From a bacterium (GTDB taxonomy: Bacteria; Electryoneota; JAOADG01): DNA of 64,000 nt. Positions 30,933 through 40,545 of this stretch are shown piece after piece; within the stretch, counting starts at the first letter, position 1, and every line of letters starts with the position of its first letter. The stretch is from assembly GCA_963681965.1 (NCBI GenBank), contig OY820579.1:2208001-2272000 (forward strand). The letters are read 5' to 3'. A model generated the notes under the pieces. That model was not told where the DNA came from. It saw only the letters and a list, made by a program, of their open reading frames with translations, and ran no database searches. The position numbers and the translations under genes are program-made.

Positions 30933-32114
30933 ATGAGGTTATTGGAACGTTCCATGCAGTACACCCGCGCGCGTGAAGTGATTGCGGCGGGAATCTACCC
31001 ATATTTTCGACCCATCGATTCCGATCAAGATACCGAAGTGCTGATCGACGGCAAGAAGGTGTTGATGATGGGATCCAACAACTACCTTGGACTCACCAAT
31101 CATCCCGAAGTGAAAAAAGCGGCGAAGGATGCTGTTGATGCCTACGGTACCGGTTGCGCCGGTTCGCGATATTTGAATGGGACGCTGCGAATTCACTTGG
31201 AATTGGAAGAAAAATTAGCCGATTTCATGGGCGTGGAATCGGTACTGATTTTCACCACTGGACATCATGTCAATCTGGGTGTGATCGATACACTGGTCGG
31301 TCGCGGCGATTTCGTCATCATCGATGCGCAGGATCATGCCAGTATCGTCGATGGTACGCGGATCTGCTATGGCACTCGCCGGAAGTTCGCCCACAACGAT
31401 ATGGCTTCGCTCCGTGATGTCCTCTCGAAAATTCCCCGCGACAAAAACAAATTGATCGTGATCGATGGCGTATTTTCGATGGAAGGCGATATTGCACCGC
31501 TTGATAAGATTATGCCCATAGCCGAAGAATTCGATGCCGATGTCTTTGTCGATGATGCGCACTCGATCGGCGTCCTCGGTCCCAAGGGCGACGGTACTGC
31601 TGCGCATTTCGGATTGAAAGATAAAGTTGCGTTGACCGGTGGAACGTTTTCCAAATCGCTGGGCTCGGTCGGCGGTTTCGTCGGTGGTAAAGATGCCGTT
31701 ATCCACTTTTTGAAGCATCATTGCCGCGCCTTGATTTTCACTGCCTCGCCTTCACCCGCAAATGTCGGTGCCGTACTGAAAGCTTTGGAAATCCTGATTC
31801 GCGAACCGGAACGCCGTGAACAACTATGGGCGAATACGCACCGTTTGAAGCAAGCACTGAATCAGAGCGGATTCAATACCCTCGGCTCCGAAACGCCAAT
31901 CATTCCGGTGCTGGTGGGTGAAGATTTATTGGCATTCCAATTTTGCAAATTATTGAACGACGAAGGGGTCTTCGTCAATCCGGTGATTTCGCCGGCAGTG
32001 GAACCCGGTGCCGCGTTAATTCGACTCTCGCTCATGGCAACCCATACTTTCGAGCAGATCGATCGCGCCGTCGATGCAATTAACCGAGTTGCAAAGAAAC
32101 TGAATGTAATATGA
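30933..32114 (+). CDS. spt: Serine palmitoyltransferase-like PLP alpha-oxoamine synthase
   Basis: GIYPYFR, GSNNYLGL, GTGCAGSRYLNGT, DDAHSIGVLG, GTFSKSLG; adjacent GNAT and reductase genes. Confidence 0.8.
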   Translation: MRLLERSMQYTRAREVIAAGIYPYFRPIDSDQDTEVLIDGKKVLMMGSNNYLGLTNHPEVKKAAKDAVDAYGTGCAGSRYLNGTLRIHLELEEKLADFMGVESVLIFTTGHHVNLGVIDTLVGRGDFVIIDAQDHASIVDGTRICYGTRRKFAHNDMASLRDVLSKIPRDKNKLIVIDGVFSMEGDIAPLDKIMPIAEEFDADVFVDDAHSIGVLGPKGDGTAAHFGLKDKVALTGGTFSKSLGSVGGFVGGKDAVIHFLKHHCRALIFTASPSPANVGAVLKALEILIREPERREQLWANTHRLKQALNQSGFNTLGSETPIIPVLVGEDLLAFQFCKLLNDEGVFVNPVISPAVEPGAALIRLSLMATHTFEQIDRAVDAINRVAKKLNVI

Positions 32115-33256
32115 ACGACAAATCTTCAGCACCGATTCAAATCGTGACTGTCGAACGCCCGGCTGATGTTCGGGCGTTTGTCGATACCGGCTATCGATTG
32201 AATGAGCGCTATCCGCAATTTGTTACACAACTTCGGATGGATTTGCTTGCATTGTTCGACCGCAAAAAGAATCCATTCTGGGATCGTGCCGAGTATCAGT
32301 TGTTTCTCGCCAAGCGCGAAGGCAAAATTGTTGGACGAATTGCCGCCATCGACAATCATGCGCATAACGATTTCCACCACGAGAATATCGGTCACTGGGG
32401 TTTCTTCGATGCCTTCGACGATCCCGCCATTGCCAAAGCGCTGTTCGAAGCTGCGGAGAAATGGGTTCGTGATCGCGGTCGCGATGCGATTCTCGGTCCG
32501 ATGAATCCATCGACCAACGACGAATGCGGTACCCTCATCGATGCCTTCGACGAATCACCGATCATCATGATGACGTGGAATCCCGAATACTATCCTGCAC
32601 TGATCGAAGGGTGCGGCTATTCCAAGGCGAAGGATCTGTATGCGTGGTGGATGTCGGCAGACGACTTCACCGATCGCTATCAGAAAGCCGCTGAATTTCT
32701 CCGCAAGAAGTTAAAAGCGGAAATCCGCTGCCTTGATATGAAGCACTTCTGGGACGAAGTCACGCTGATCAAAGAAGTCTACAACGCCGCTTGGGCAAAG
32801 AACTGGGGCTTCTTCCCGATGACCGACGAAGAGATCGATCATCTAGCCAAGCAACTGCACATGATCGTCGATCCGGATTTCACAGTCTTTGCATTTATCG
32901 AAGGAAAGTTAGTTGGATTTTCGCTAACCCTTCCCGACTACTATCAAGTACTCAAAGGGATACGAGGCGGCAAACTGTTCCCGTTCGGTCTGTTGAAAGT
33001 CCTCTGGAATCAGTACGTCGCGAAGAAGATCAAGCAGTCGCGCGTGATGGTCATGGGCGTTGTTCCGGAATTCCGCAATCGCGGAATCGATGTAATCTTC
33101 TATGCCGAAGCAGTGCGCGTTTCGAAACTCCGCGGACATCGCGGTGGTGAGATGTCGTGGATTCTCGAAGACAACGACATGATGAATAACATCCTCGAAA
33201 AGATCGGCGGGAAGATCTACAAACACTACCGGATTTACCGGAAGGATTTGGTGTGA
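32111..33256 (+). CDS. Double-GNAT N-acyltransferase, bacterial ceramide synthase (bCerS)-like
   Basis: VGRIAAI, GFFD, GPMNPSTNDECG, NPEYY, NWGFFPMT, GVVPEFRNRG, EMSWILEDN; ATGA overlap with spt. Confidence 0.75.
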   Translation: MNDKSSAPIQIVTVERPADVRAFVDTGYRLNERYPQFVTQLRMDLLALFDRKKNPFWDRAEYQLFLAKREGKIVGRIAAIDNHAHNDFHHENIGHWGFFDAFDDPAIAKALFEAAEKWVRDRGRDAILGPMNPSTNDECGTLIDAFDESPIIMMTWNPEYYPALIEGCGYSKAKDLYAWWMSADDFTDRYQKAAEFLRKKLKAEIRCLDMKHFWDEVTLIKEVYNAAWAKNWGFFPMTDEEIDHLAKQLHMIVDPDFTVFAFIEGKLVGFSLTLPDYYQVLKGIRGGKLFPFGLLKVLWNQYVAKKIKQSRVMVMGVVPEFRNRGIDVIFYAEAVRVSKLRGHRGGEMSWILEDNDMMNNILEKIGGKIYKHYRIYRKDLV

Positions 33257-34212
33257 TCGTTGCAGTAACCGGAGGAACCGGCTTCATCGGCTCGCATCTG
33301 GTCGCTGCTCTCACATCCCGTGGCGACGAAGTCCGGTTATTGAGTCGTTCTGTCGGCAATTCCGGTAACAACATCGCGCATTTTCCGGTCGATTATCGCA
33401 ATCGCGATTCGTTACTTCCCGCACTGAAAAACTGCGATTTGGTCATTCATCTTGCCGCTGCACTGCGTGCTCCGAAGCAATCCGATCTGATCGAAATCAA
33501 TCGTTCTACCACTGCATCACTCCTTTCAGCAACCCGCGAAGCTGCGCCGAATGCGCGGTTCATCCTCTGTTCCTCGCAGGCGGCTGCCGGTCCCGCAATC
33601 GATCATCGACCACGAACCGAACTCGATCCGTCCGAACCGATCAGTTGGTACGGTCGCTCGAAACGTGCTGCCGAAGAAGTTTTACTGACTGAAGAGAAGT
33701 TATCGTGGACAATTTTACGTCCCCCCGCAGTATTCGGTCCGCGCGAGCGCGATATCTTCGTTTTCTTCAAAGCACTTGCTCGCGGATGGTCGACGCAAAT
33801 CGGCACCGTCCGTCGTCAATTCAGTTGGATCTATGCCAAGGATTTCGTCGCGGCGATTCTAATTGCCAGTATGAACGATGCACTCAACCACAAAGTTAAT
33901 TTCGTTACCTCCGGTGCGACCGATTGGGATGAATTCCGAGCTGCCGCGGCTGCTGCACTGAATCGCAAATATCGTCTCGCAACGCTGCCTCGGTGGTCGG
34001 CGCAATTGTTGGCGGAGTCTGGCGAACTGTGGTCGAAAATATCCGGAAAAGCGGTGTTGCTCAATCGCGACAAGATTGCCGAACTCACTTATGACGACTG
34101 GCGCTGCGACGATTCAAATTTTCGTCGTCTAACCGGATATGTCCCGCAATATTCGTTATCGGCGGCAGTTGCCGAAACGATCGCGTGGTACCGGTCTGAG
34201 GGGTGGTTATGA
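33253..34212 (+). CDS. NAD-dependent epimerase/dehydratase, CerR-like
   Basis: TGGTGFIG, HLAA, SSQAAAG, YGRSK, LRPPAVFGP; GTGA overlap with upstream gene. Confidence 0.75.
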   Translation: MIVAVTGGTGFIGSHLVAALTSRGDEVRLLSRSVGNSGNNIAHFPVDYRNRDSLLPALKNCDLVIHLAAALRAPKQSDLIEINRSTTASLLSATREAAPNARFILCSSQAAAGPAIDHRPRTELDPSEPISWYGRSKRAAEEVLLTEEKLSWTILRPPAVFGPRERDIFVFFKALARGWSTQIGTVRRQFSWIYAKDFVAAILIASMNDALNHKVNFVTSGATDWDEFRAAAAAALNRKYRLATLPRWSAQLLAESGELWSKISGKAVLLNRDKIAELTYDDWRCDDSNFRRLTGYVPQYSLSAAVAETIAWYRSEGWL

Positions 34213-34520
34213 TTGAGCATTGCGACCTTTGTCGACTTCACCACCTGCGCGAATTGAAATCGCCGCTGCATCACGAGAATGATCGCTATATCGTTGTCGA
34301 TTGTATCATTTGCTGTACCCCGATGGTGGTGAAGAAAGCGCATGAACCGTCATTTTCACCCGAAGAAAAACAGGAAGTGGCAGCTTTACTTATTTTCCTC
34401 TTTGGCACTGCCGGCGTGATCGATTGGGAGCAACGCAAGATTCCCGATCATGCCCACTGCCATTTACGTCCAAAGGCGTTTCCCTTTTCCGATGCCGAGC
34501 CGCTGATAAACTATGCCTGA
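34209..34520 (+). CDS. Small Cys/His-rich HIT-like protein
   Basis: CDLC, CIICC and HAHCH motifs; overlaps both neighbours. Confidence 0.65.
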   Translation: MIEHCDLCRLHHLRELKSPLHHENDRYIVVDCIICCTPMVVKKAHEPSFSPEEKQEVAALLIFLFGTAGVIDWEQRKIPDHAHCHLRPKAFPFSDAEPLINYA

Positions 34521-37428
34521 CCGCATCGAACAGTTCCTGACCGACATTCGACGCCATCACTCGCTGGCGAAGATCCTCATTTCCAGCAGTGTGCTGGAAG
34601 CCAGCGAGGCGCAGTACGACGATAGCTACAGCCTCTTTCCGCCATTGCAAACCGCTCTCCGTGCGCAAGGGATCAATCGCTTGTATGCCCATCAGACGCA
34701 AGCATTGAATGCCGCGAAAGCGAAAAAGAATGTCGTTGTCGCGACCCATGCCGCATCCGGTAAGTCGATGAGTTATTTTCTTCCCGCCCTTGAATCGGCA
34801 ATGGTGCGGGGAGGACGATCGCTCTTCCTTTATCCGCTGAAAGCGTTGGAGAACGATCAACTCAAGAAGTGGAACGAACTCACTTCGGCAATGCCGTTGC
34901 CGCAACCGCCGCGTGCTGCGATTTACGATGGCGATACGCCCGATTCGATGCGTCGACTCATTCGTCGAAATCCGCCGCAAGCGCTGTTTACTACGCCCGA
35001 TATGTTGAACCTCGGTATCCTTCCCTATCACAGTCTCTGGCGTACTTTTTTCGAATCGCTCTCGATCGTTGTCGTCGATGAATTGCATACCTACCGCGGT
35101 GTTTTCGGAACTCACATGGCGTGGGTCTTCCGGCGACTGCAGCGGATCTGCCAACTCTATGGTGTCAAACCGACGTTTTTAGCCACCAGTGCGACGATTG
35201 CGAATCCCGGTGAATTGGGCACCAAGCTGTTCGATGGTGAAGCCATTGCAATCACCGAATCCGGCGCACCGCGCAGTAAACGACACGTATTGCTTTTCAA
35301 TCCCGACGAAACCAGCGCCTTCACCGAAACCGCGCGTCTGTTAATGGTCGCGGTCGCAAACGGATTGCGCACGATCGTTTTCACCCGCTCGCGGCAGGAA
35401 ACCGAGCGCATGTTCATCGCCGTCGCCGAAAAAGATCCACTCATCGCTCAAAAGATCTCATCCTATCGTGCCGGTTTCCTTCCCGAAGAGCGCCGCGAAA
35501 TCGAGCGCAAACTATCCGATGGCGAATTGCTCGGTGTGATTTCGACGTCTGCGCTGGAACTTGGTATCGATATCGGTGGCTTGGATGTCTGTATTCTGTC
35601 CGGTTTTCCCGGACTCATTTCGCAGACCTGGCAACGCTGGGGGCGGGTCGGGCGCGGTGACAATTCTGCCGCCGTCGCACTGATTGCATCGTCGAATGCA
35701 CTCGATCAATATCTTCTCCGGCACCCCGATGAATTGCTATCGCGACCGTTCGAGACTGCCAACATCAATCACGACAATGAATTTGTCTTGGATGCGCATC
35801 TCCTCTGTGCCGCTCAGGAAATCCCGCTGAAACTGGATGAACCGTGGCTGCAACCGAAAGTCGTGAAAGAGCGGGTAGCTGCGAAAATTGCCGCTGGTGA
35901 ATTGCTCGAATCCGCCGAAGGGGGGCAATGGTTCCCGCGCGACACGCAACCGCAACGGAAAGTCGATCTCCGTTCGATCGGTAGTTCGTTTTCAATTGTC
36001 GATCTCGCGTCAAGTAAGCGGATCGGTGAAATCTCCGGTGAGACTGCCTTTCGCGAATGCCACAATCAAGCAGTATATCTCCACATGGGGCGGAGTTATG
36101 TCGTCGATTCGCTCGAAACCGGTACTTCAACTGTTTTCGTTACCGAGCCGACTCCGACACCCTCGTACTACACTATGCCCCGCTCGGAAAAAGAGACGGA
36201 AATTCTCGAGATCTACGAAGAGAAGAATTGCGGACCGGACAAAATCAGTTTCGGCAAGTTACGTGTCCACGAACGGGTAGTTGGCTATGAACGGCGCAAT
36301 CGCGAAGCCCGGACGCTGGAAGGCGTCTTTCCGCTGGAAATGCCCGAGACCATCTACGAGACTACTGGCTGTTGGATCGAGATGCCGTCGGACCTGATCG
36401 AGGATTGGCGCAACCAGAATCACCACTTCCCCGGCGCGCGTCATGCCGCCGAACATGCTTTTTTGGCGATGCTTCCCTTGCTGGCGCTCTGCGACCGGAA
36501 TGATGTCGGTGGCATCACCATGGATATGCACCCGCAAACCCGCCGACCGACGATTTTTCTCTACGATGGGTACGCTGGTGGTGCCGGTCTGACACTGACT
36601 GGCTACCGGATGCTGACCGAGTGGCTGCAGAAAACCTTGCGATTGGTCGAAGAGTGCCCTTGCACCGAGCCGGATGGCTGTCCCAGTTGTATTCAATCGC
36701 CGAAGTGCGGCAGTGGCAATCGTCCCCTCGATAAGCAGGGAACCATCGCCCTTTTCCGACGCTGGCTCTCGGAAGCGGAACAAACTGGAACACTGTTCCC
36801 GACGCTTCCCGCCAAAACAATCGTGCCTCCGAAGGAACCGCAGCCAGTCCTGAGCGTTTTACCTACGGAGCAGACCGGGACTGTTTATTTCGATGTCGAA
36901 ACCCTGCGCAGTGCCGACGAAGTGGGTGGCTGGAGCAATATCCACCTGATGGGTCTGGCGTTAGCGGTGATCTTCGACGAGCGGACGCAGCAATATTCGA
37001 CCTATTTCGAAAAGGATCTTGACCGGCTGATTGCCCATCTCGACTCTGCTCAACTGATTGTCGGGTACAACACCATTCGGTTCGATTACGAAGTGTTACG
37101 CGGTTATATCCCTCGGACTTTCAAGGAGTGGCGAAGTTTCGATATGTTGCCGGAAGTGCAACACCGCTTCGGCGGGAAACGACTCCCGTTGTCGGCACTG
37201 GCGAAAGCGTCGCTGCACGATAACAAGAGTGCCGACGGACTGCAGAGCCTGCAATGGGTGAAGGAAGGCAAGTGGCAACTGATCGAGGAATACTGCCGCC
37301 ACGATGTGAAACTGACTCGCGATATCTTTCGATATGCTTTGGATAAAGGGTATCTCTTAACGGAAGATCGCAAGGGCAATATTCTGAAAATTCAACTCGA
37401 TTGGAATCTGGCAAAAATCCTTGAATAA
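34513..37428 (+). CDS. DEAH-box helicase with DUF1998 Zn domain (MrfA/YprA/Hrq1-like) fused to C-terminal YprB-type RNase H-like exonuclease
   Basis: ASGKS, PLKAL, DELH, SAT, TSALELGIDIG, QRWGRVGR, HAAEH, CPC...GCPSC...C; FDVET, GYN..RFD, YCRHDV. Confidence 0.9.
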   Translation: MPDRIEQFLTDIRRHHSLAKILISSSVLEASEAQYDDSYSLFPPLQTALRAQGINRLYAHQTQALNAAKAKKNVVVATHAASGKSMSYFLPALESAMVRGGRSLFLYPLKALENDQLKKWNELTSAMPLPQPPRAAIYDGDTPDSMRRLIRRNPPQALFTTPDMLNLGILPYHSLWRTFFESLSIVVVDELHTYRGVFGTHMAWVFRRLQRICQLYGVKPTFLATSATIANPGELGTKLFDGEAIAITESGAPRSKRHVLLFNPDETSAFTETARLLMVAVANGLRTIVFTRSRQETERMFIAVAEKDPLIAQKISSYRAGFLPEERREIERKLSDGELLGVISTSALELGIDIGGLDVCILSGFPGLISQTWQRWGRVGRGDNSAAVALIASSNALDQYLLRHPDELLSRPFETANINHDNEFVLDAHLLCAAQEIPLKLDEPWLQPKVVKERVAAKIAAGELLESAEGGQWFPRDTQPQRKVDLRSIGSSFSIVDLASSKRIGEISGETAFRECHNQAVYLHMGRSYVVDSLETGTSTVFVTEPTPTPSYYTMPRSEKETEILEIYEEKNCGPDKISFGKLRVHERVVGYERRNREARTLEGVFPLEMPETIYETTGCWIEMPSDLIEDWRNQNHHFPGARHAAEHAFLAMLPLLALCDRNDVGGITMDMHPQTRRPTIFLYDGYAGGAGLTLTGYRMLTEWLQKTLRLVEECPCTEPDGCPSCIQSPKCGSGNRPLDKQGTIALFRRWLSEAEQTGTLFPTLPAKTIVPPKEPQPVLSVLPTEQTGTVYFDVETLRSADEVGGWSNIHLMGLALAVIFDERTQQYSTYFEKDLDRLIAHLDSAQLIVGYNTIRFDYEVLRGYIPRTFKEWRSFDMLPEVQHRFGGKRLPLSALAKASLHDNKSADGLQSLQWVKEGKWQLIEEYCRHDVKLTRDIFRYALDKGYLLTEDRKGNILKIQLDWNLAKILE

Positions 37429-37491
37429 CCGATTGATCCGTTTAGAACTGCGTTGTACATTATCAAATTACCCAAAATCGATTGGAAACCG

Positions 37492-38766
37492 ATGTCAAAA
37501 TCCGTTTATCTCGTTTTTCTGTTGTCATTAACCAGCTTTCTGATACTTTCCTGTTCCGATTTGAAGGGGAATGTTGGTCGCAATGAAATCGTTTCACCGC
37601 AAAATGGTCGCCTTGCCGATCGAACGATCTTAGCGCAGAAAGATAGTTCTTACTACCATAAATACAACAATATGGGTGGTGGAAAACTGTTTTTCGGCAG
37701 CAATCGCGGTGTCGAAGCGAGTACCCTGTTCCGGTTCAATACTTTCGGGAAATTGGATACGATTTACTACGATAGTTTGAATGTCGATTCGATCCGGTTG
37801 GAAGAAGTATCGCTCACTATGTTCGGTGTACACGATACTAGCGGTGGTCTGTTCGCCACGAATGCTACACCACCGATCACATTGAATTTGTTCGCACCAC
37901 GGGTCAATTGGAGTCAATATTCGGCAAGTGCCGAGACGTTGGCAATCAATCCCAGGCAGTTGGACGGAACGATCAATATGTCGATGGATACTACCGGTGC
38001 CGATTCAATGGTCTTCCATCTACCTGAAGCAATGTATTCGGAAGTACAAACCTGGATTACCATCACCACACGACAGCTACTTAACGACACGAATTTCGGA
38101 ATCTGGTTACGTCCCGATTTGGCGACTGCGTTTTCGATCCGCTCGTTTTATTCGATCGAGGGTGACAATGCGACTCGCCCCTATCTGAAAATCAAGTATA
38201 GTCGGTTGAAAGATGGTCTGCCGGTTGGTTTCCCCGATTCCGTAATAACCTATCCCTATGACGATTTATCGCTGCTATCGAAAGGCACCACCAATTACGA
38301 TGGGTTGCAAGTCGGTGCCGGCGATGCAGTACGTGGCATTATCTGGTTCGATTTGGGTGATCTGGTCACGCGACAGGTGAATGTTCACCATGCCCGCATG
38401 ATCATCCGACGACCGCAACCCCGTTTGCCGACCGATTTTGGCGTCATGCAAGCAATCGGTGTGTCGATCGCATCGGGCGATTCCACCCAATGGCACAGTG
38501 AACCAGTTCTGGGTTCCACTTCACCGGTCACCTTTGCCGCGACCGATTCCACAGTGGTAGTGGAGGTCAGCAATGTTGTCGCGCGCTGGGTAGCCTTGCG
38601 ACATCAAACCGGTGTATTACTGATCACCGATGCCAATGAGGGATCGAGGTTCTCCCGATCCTCGTTCGGATCGGCACCACGAGAAGGCATTACACCAACA
38701 CCCGGAACACCGCAGGCACGATTGGAAATTATCTACAGCGAACTTGAACCGGAGGCGGGCAAATGA
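37492..38766 (+). CDS. Hypothetical lipoprotein (two beta domains)
   Basis: Lipobox LILSC; internal FYS.E...RPYLKIKY and PQARLEIIYS motifs. Confidence 0.7.
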   Translation: MSKSVYLVFLLSLTSFLILSCSDLKGNVGRNEIVSPQNGRLADRTILAQKDSSYYHKYNNMGGGKLFFGSNRGVEASTLFRFNTFGKLDTIYYDSLNVDSIRLEEVSLTMFGVHDTSGGLFATNATPPITLNLFAPRVNWSQYSASAETLAINPRQLDGTINMSMDTTGADSMVFHLPEAMYSEVQTWITITTRQLLNDTNFGIWLRPDLATAFSIRSFYSIEGDNATRPYLKIKYSRLKDGLPVGFPDSVITYPYDDLSLLSKGTTNYDGLQVGAGDAVRGIIWFDLGDLVTRQVNVHHARMIIRRPQPRLPTDFGVMQAIGVSIASGDSTQWHSEPVLGSTSPVTFAATDSTVVVEVSNVVARWVALRHQTGVLLITDANEGSRFSRSSFGSAPREGITPTPGTPQARLEIIYSELEPEAGK

Positions 38767-39965
38767 AACACGCTTTCCTGTTCATATTGATTCTCACGAT
38801 CGTTGGTCAAGCTGCTTTTGGTTCCGTCTTTTCGGGACAGGGGATCGGAATTCCCCTCACTTCAGTGCTCGGTCCGTCTGCGGGTCGTGCCGGATTGGGG
38901 CTTGCCGCATTCGACTCGACTGCACCCGATCTCGATCAACCGGCGAAATTTTCCGAGTTGAGTGAAGTCCGCGTCGGTGTTGCCGGTGAATTCTCCAGTC
39001 GATCCATCCAAGATAATTTTGGAAACGTCGATAAACAGGGCGAGTTCCGCTTTGGTGGGTTTGCACTTTCGATTCCTACCTACAAGTTGTTCCGCACCGG
39101 TTTTATCATTGCCCCATATTCTGCTGCCAATGCGATGGCGGAAAGCCGCAAAACTTGGGGTTCCGGTATCACCTATACCGAACGTCTTGATGGCACCGGC
39201 GGGCTGTCGCGCTACGGATTGGTCGCTGCACTCGCTTCGGGTAACTTCCGATTCGGTGCTGAAACTGGTTTTATTGGCGGTTCGATCAATAATGACTGGC
39301 GGGTATACTTCGATACTTCCTCGATGGCAGACGGTTGGTTCGTTATCAATCGCCAGATGTCCGGCTGGTACGGTCGCTTCGGTATGCTTTACCAAAATGG
39401 CAGCCAGCGTTATTCGTTGGTAACACAATTCCCGGCACGATTGTCAGTTCGCGAAGAAGTCCGATTCGCAATGACCAATGACGTCACTAACACGACAACC
39501 CATTTCAACCTTCCGTTGGAAGTGATGGGTGGAGCATCGTGGCGACTGGGAGCGTGGGCACTGGGAGCCGATGGCGGCTGGTCGCAATGGAGTCAAATCC
39601 ATTCGCGGTATTTTCTCTTACAACCGGAAGATGCGATCTACGGCGGGTGCTGGCTGGAACGCCCCGGCAAATCCGGTCTACTCGACCCGTATTGGAGCCG
39701 AACCAGTTGGCGGATGGGTTTACGCTATCGCAAATTGCCCAATTTGACCACCAATTCGAAGCGCATTGAAGAATTTACGACATCGTTGGGTGTGACATTG
39801 CCGACCGCGCAAACGCAGGACTTCGTTCATCTTGCTACTGGTTACACCATTCGCGGGAATGGTAGCACCAACCTATTGCAGGAAAATCTGTTCTGGACCT
39901 CGGTGTCGGTGTCGCTATCGGAAAAATGGTTCGTGCGCGAAAAACCAACGCACCGCAAGAAATAG
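38763..39965 (+). CDS. Outer-membrane beta-barrel (FadL/OmpP1-like)
   Basis: Signal peptide, GSVFS..GIG N-terminus, G.GGLS, C-terminal SLSEKWF. Confidence 0.65.
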   Translation: MKHAFLFILILTIVGQAAFGSVFSGQGIGIPLTSVLGPSAGRAGLGLAAFDSTAPDLDQPAKFSELSEVRVGVAGEFSSRSIQDNFGNVDKQGEFRFGGFALSIPTYKLFRTGFIIAPYSAANAMAESRKTWGSGITYTERLDGTGGLSRYGLVAALASGNFRFGAETGFIGGSINNDWRVYFDTSSMADGWFVINRQMSGWYGRFGMLYQNGSQRYSLVTQFPARLSVREEVRFAMTNDVTNTTTHFNLPLEVMGGASWRLGAWALGADGGWSQWSQIHSRYFLLQPEDAIYGGCWLERPGKSGLLDPYWSRTSWRMGLRYRKLPNLTTNSKRIEEFTTSLGVTLPTAQTQDFVHLATGYTIRGNGSTNLLQENLFWTSVSVSLSEKWFVREKPTHRKK

Positions 39966-39974
39966 TAGGTACCT

Positions 39975-40003
39975 CGGGTGTGGGGAAATCCACACCCGTT
40001 TTG
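39975..40003 (+). terminator. Rho-independent terminator
   Basis: cgggtgtgg/ccacacccg followed by tttt. Confidence 0.65.
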
Positions 40004-40080
40004 TATCTTATATGATGAATGAATTGATCGTTTCCGGATCGGCTTAAAGCCATCCGGATTCATCGTAAATTGGTGTACTG

Positions 40081-40536
40081 ATGAATGCAAAATATCCCTT
40101 GATTTTTCTCGGTTCCGATCACGGTGGACGGGAATTACGCTGGCAGATTCGCGACCGGTTAATCTCGCTTGGCTATCCGGTGGACGACTCGCTATCGATC
40201 GACACTGAGGAAATGACCGACTATCCCGATGTTGCTCATGCCGTTGCCAGAGCAATTCAACGGAATAGTGGTGCCTTAGGTATTTTGCTCTGCGGTTCCG
40301 GGATCGGGATGTCGATTGCCGCCAACCGTCACGCCGGCATCCGTGCGGCACTTTGCACCACCGAATATCATGCCAAGTTGAGTCGACAACACAATTTCGC
40401 CAATGTGCTATGTCTCGGTGCACGCCTGACTGGCGCTGATCTGGCATGGGAAATTGTCGATACGTTTTTACATACTGCTGCTTCCTCGGTCGAACGACAC
40501 GAGCGGCGCGTCAATAAAATCGATACGGAGTACTAA
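40081..40536 (+). CDS. rpiB: Ribose 5-phosphate isomerase B
   Basis: GSDHGG, DYPD, CGSGIGMSIAAN, GIRAA, HNFANVLCLG, RHERRV. Confidence 0.95.
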   Translation: MNAKYPLIFLGSDHGGRELRWQIRDRLISLGYPVDDSLSIDTEEMTDYPDVAHAVARAIQRNSGALGILLCGSGIGMSIAANRHAGIRAALCTTEYHAKLSRQHNFANVLCLGARLTGADLAWEIVDTFLHTAASSVERHERRVNKIDTEY

Positions 40537-40545
40537 GGAGTGATT

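Noticed and set aside
30933-32114. bioF or kbl assignment
   Set aside because: No bio or tdh genes nearby; the GxYPYFR and GTGCAGSR motifs and the coupled GNAT and reductase favour Spt, though this is not proven
34513-37428. DISARM (DrmB) or other anti-phage helicase system
   Set aside because: No DrmA/DrmD, methylase or PLD neighbours; the architecture matches MrfA/Hrq1-type repair helicases
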